A stretch of 64,000 nucleotides of DNA, from positions 1 to 64,000 of the IMG/VR virus record IMGVR_UViG_3300040801_001819, one strand, 5' to 3'. The position numbers and the translations under genes were made by a program. The stretch's first letter is position 1; the number at the start of each line of letters is the position of its first letter. Positions 63,443-64,000 of this stretch are shown piece by piece. The notes under the pieces are model-generated. The model did no database searches, was not told the DNA's origin, and saw only the letters and a list, made by a program, of their open reading frames with translations. This stretch comes from a virus.

Positions 63443-63952
63443 ATGAAAACAAAATTTATTAAAGGAACTGATAAAAAGTATTCTATTAGAGAGGACGGTG
63501 TAGTATTTTCTAATTATTATTTTAATAGGAATGGAGACAAAGTAAAAAGAAAAAACCCTCTTAAAAGTAGAAAAGATAAAGATAGAATTATTGTTCAAAT
63601 TAATTACGGTGAAGCAAAAGGTCCTAAATGTACAAAAGCTCTAGTTAAAGAATACTTTGGTTTTTTCTATTGTAAAAAATGCAGTAAAAAAACTAAAGAT
63701 AATAATAATATTCAATACTTTTTTTGTAAAAAATGCACTAAAGAAAAAAGAAGATTAAATTCAGCTAAATTTAAAAGTAACAATCCTGAAAAAATTAAAT
63801 TAAGTAGAGATAAATACAGGAAGGATCTTAAAGATGGTTATATCTCAACAGTATTAAGATGTGCTACTCAAAATTTAACTCCTGAGATAATAGATGCTAA
63901 AAAAAACCATTTAAAATTATATAGAGAAATTAAAAAACAAAAAACAAAATGA
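63443..63952 (+). CDS. basic protein with two CxxC pairs and a NUMOD4-like N-terminus (possible DNA-binding or homing-endonuclease-related)
   Basis: KKYSIREDGVVFSN resembles the NUMOD4 Y.VS..G.V.S pattern. It also has CKKCSKK...CKKCTKE. Confidence 0.35.
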   Translation: MKTKFIKGTDKKYSIREDGVVFSNYYFNRNGDKVKRKNPLKSRKDKDRIIVQINYGEAKGPKCTKALVKEYFGFFYCKKCSKKTKDNNNIQYFFCKKCTKEKRRLNSAKFKSNNPEKIKLSRDKYRKDLKDGYISTVLRCATQNLTPEIIDAKKNHLKLYREIKKQKTK

Positions 63953-64000
63953 TACCAATTAAAAAACAAATGACAGTTATGAATAAACTTGCTGTCGGCT
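63949..64000 (+). CDS. start of a further plus-strand ORF (partial, runs off the window)
   Basis: ATGA start/stop overlap with the previous gene, and the frame is open to the window end (17 codons). Confidence 0.3.
   Translation, partial: MIPIKKQMTVMNKLAVG

Noticed and set aside
1-64000. CRISPR arrays, integrase/lysogeny module, reverse transcriptase/DGR, rRNA
   Set aside because: I saw no spaced direct-repeat array, no recombinase-like or RT-like ORF, and no rRNA-like sequence anywhere in the window.

Overview
AT-rich dsDNA phage segment whose gene order matches a crAss-like (Crassvirales-type) podophage. The host is probably a Bacteroidota member: almost no Shine-Dalgarno sequences, and TTG-N(19-21)-TAnnTTT style promoter boxes. 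All functional calls come from motif recognition by eye; no database search was run. The minus strand, read from about 56.6 kb down to position 1, carries in order: about 25 small early/middle ORFs including a GroEL chaperonin and a divergent GroES/gp31-like candidate; an HNH endonuclease; two tRNAs (initiator-like Met-CAU and Phe-GAA) flanking a hairpin-rich 217-nt spacer; large terminase; portal; a tail-fibre cluster; an embedded holin-endolysin cassette; scaffold; major capsid; about 15 virion genes including three cadherin-like repeat paralogs, a metallophosphatase, an HU/IHF-like protein and a GIY-YIG homing endonuclease; a 1357-aa tail protein; an ejection/cargo block including a lytic transglycosylase + HExxH zincin fusion; and a giant virion RNA polymerase ORF (1..7677). 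That ORF is missing from the supplied track only because it runs off the window without a stop. It carries a beta-prime-like DFDIDKM metal motif plus NADAR-like and SLOG/DUF2493-like modules. The plus strand from 56.8 to 64 kb is an early region built of serial promoter-gene-terminator units sharing a conserved ~45-nt motif. It holds many ORFs under 60 aa that the track does not list, a candidate ~140-nt sRNA, a predicted surface lipoprotein, and three long ORF-free, hairpin-dense stretches (about 1.0, 0.9 and 0.5 kb) that may be large structured RNAs. I saw no CRISPR array, integrase or evidence of stop-codon reassignment.
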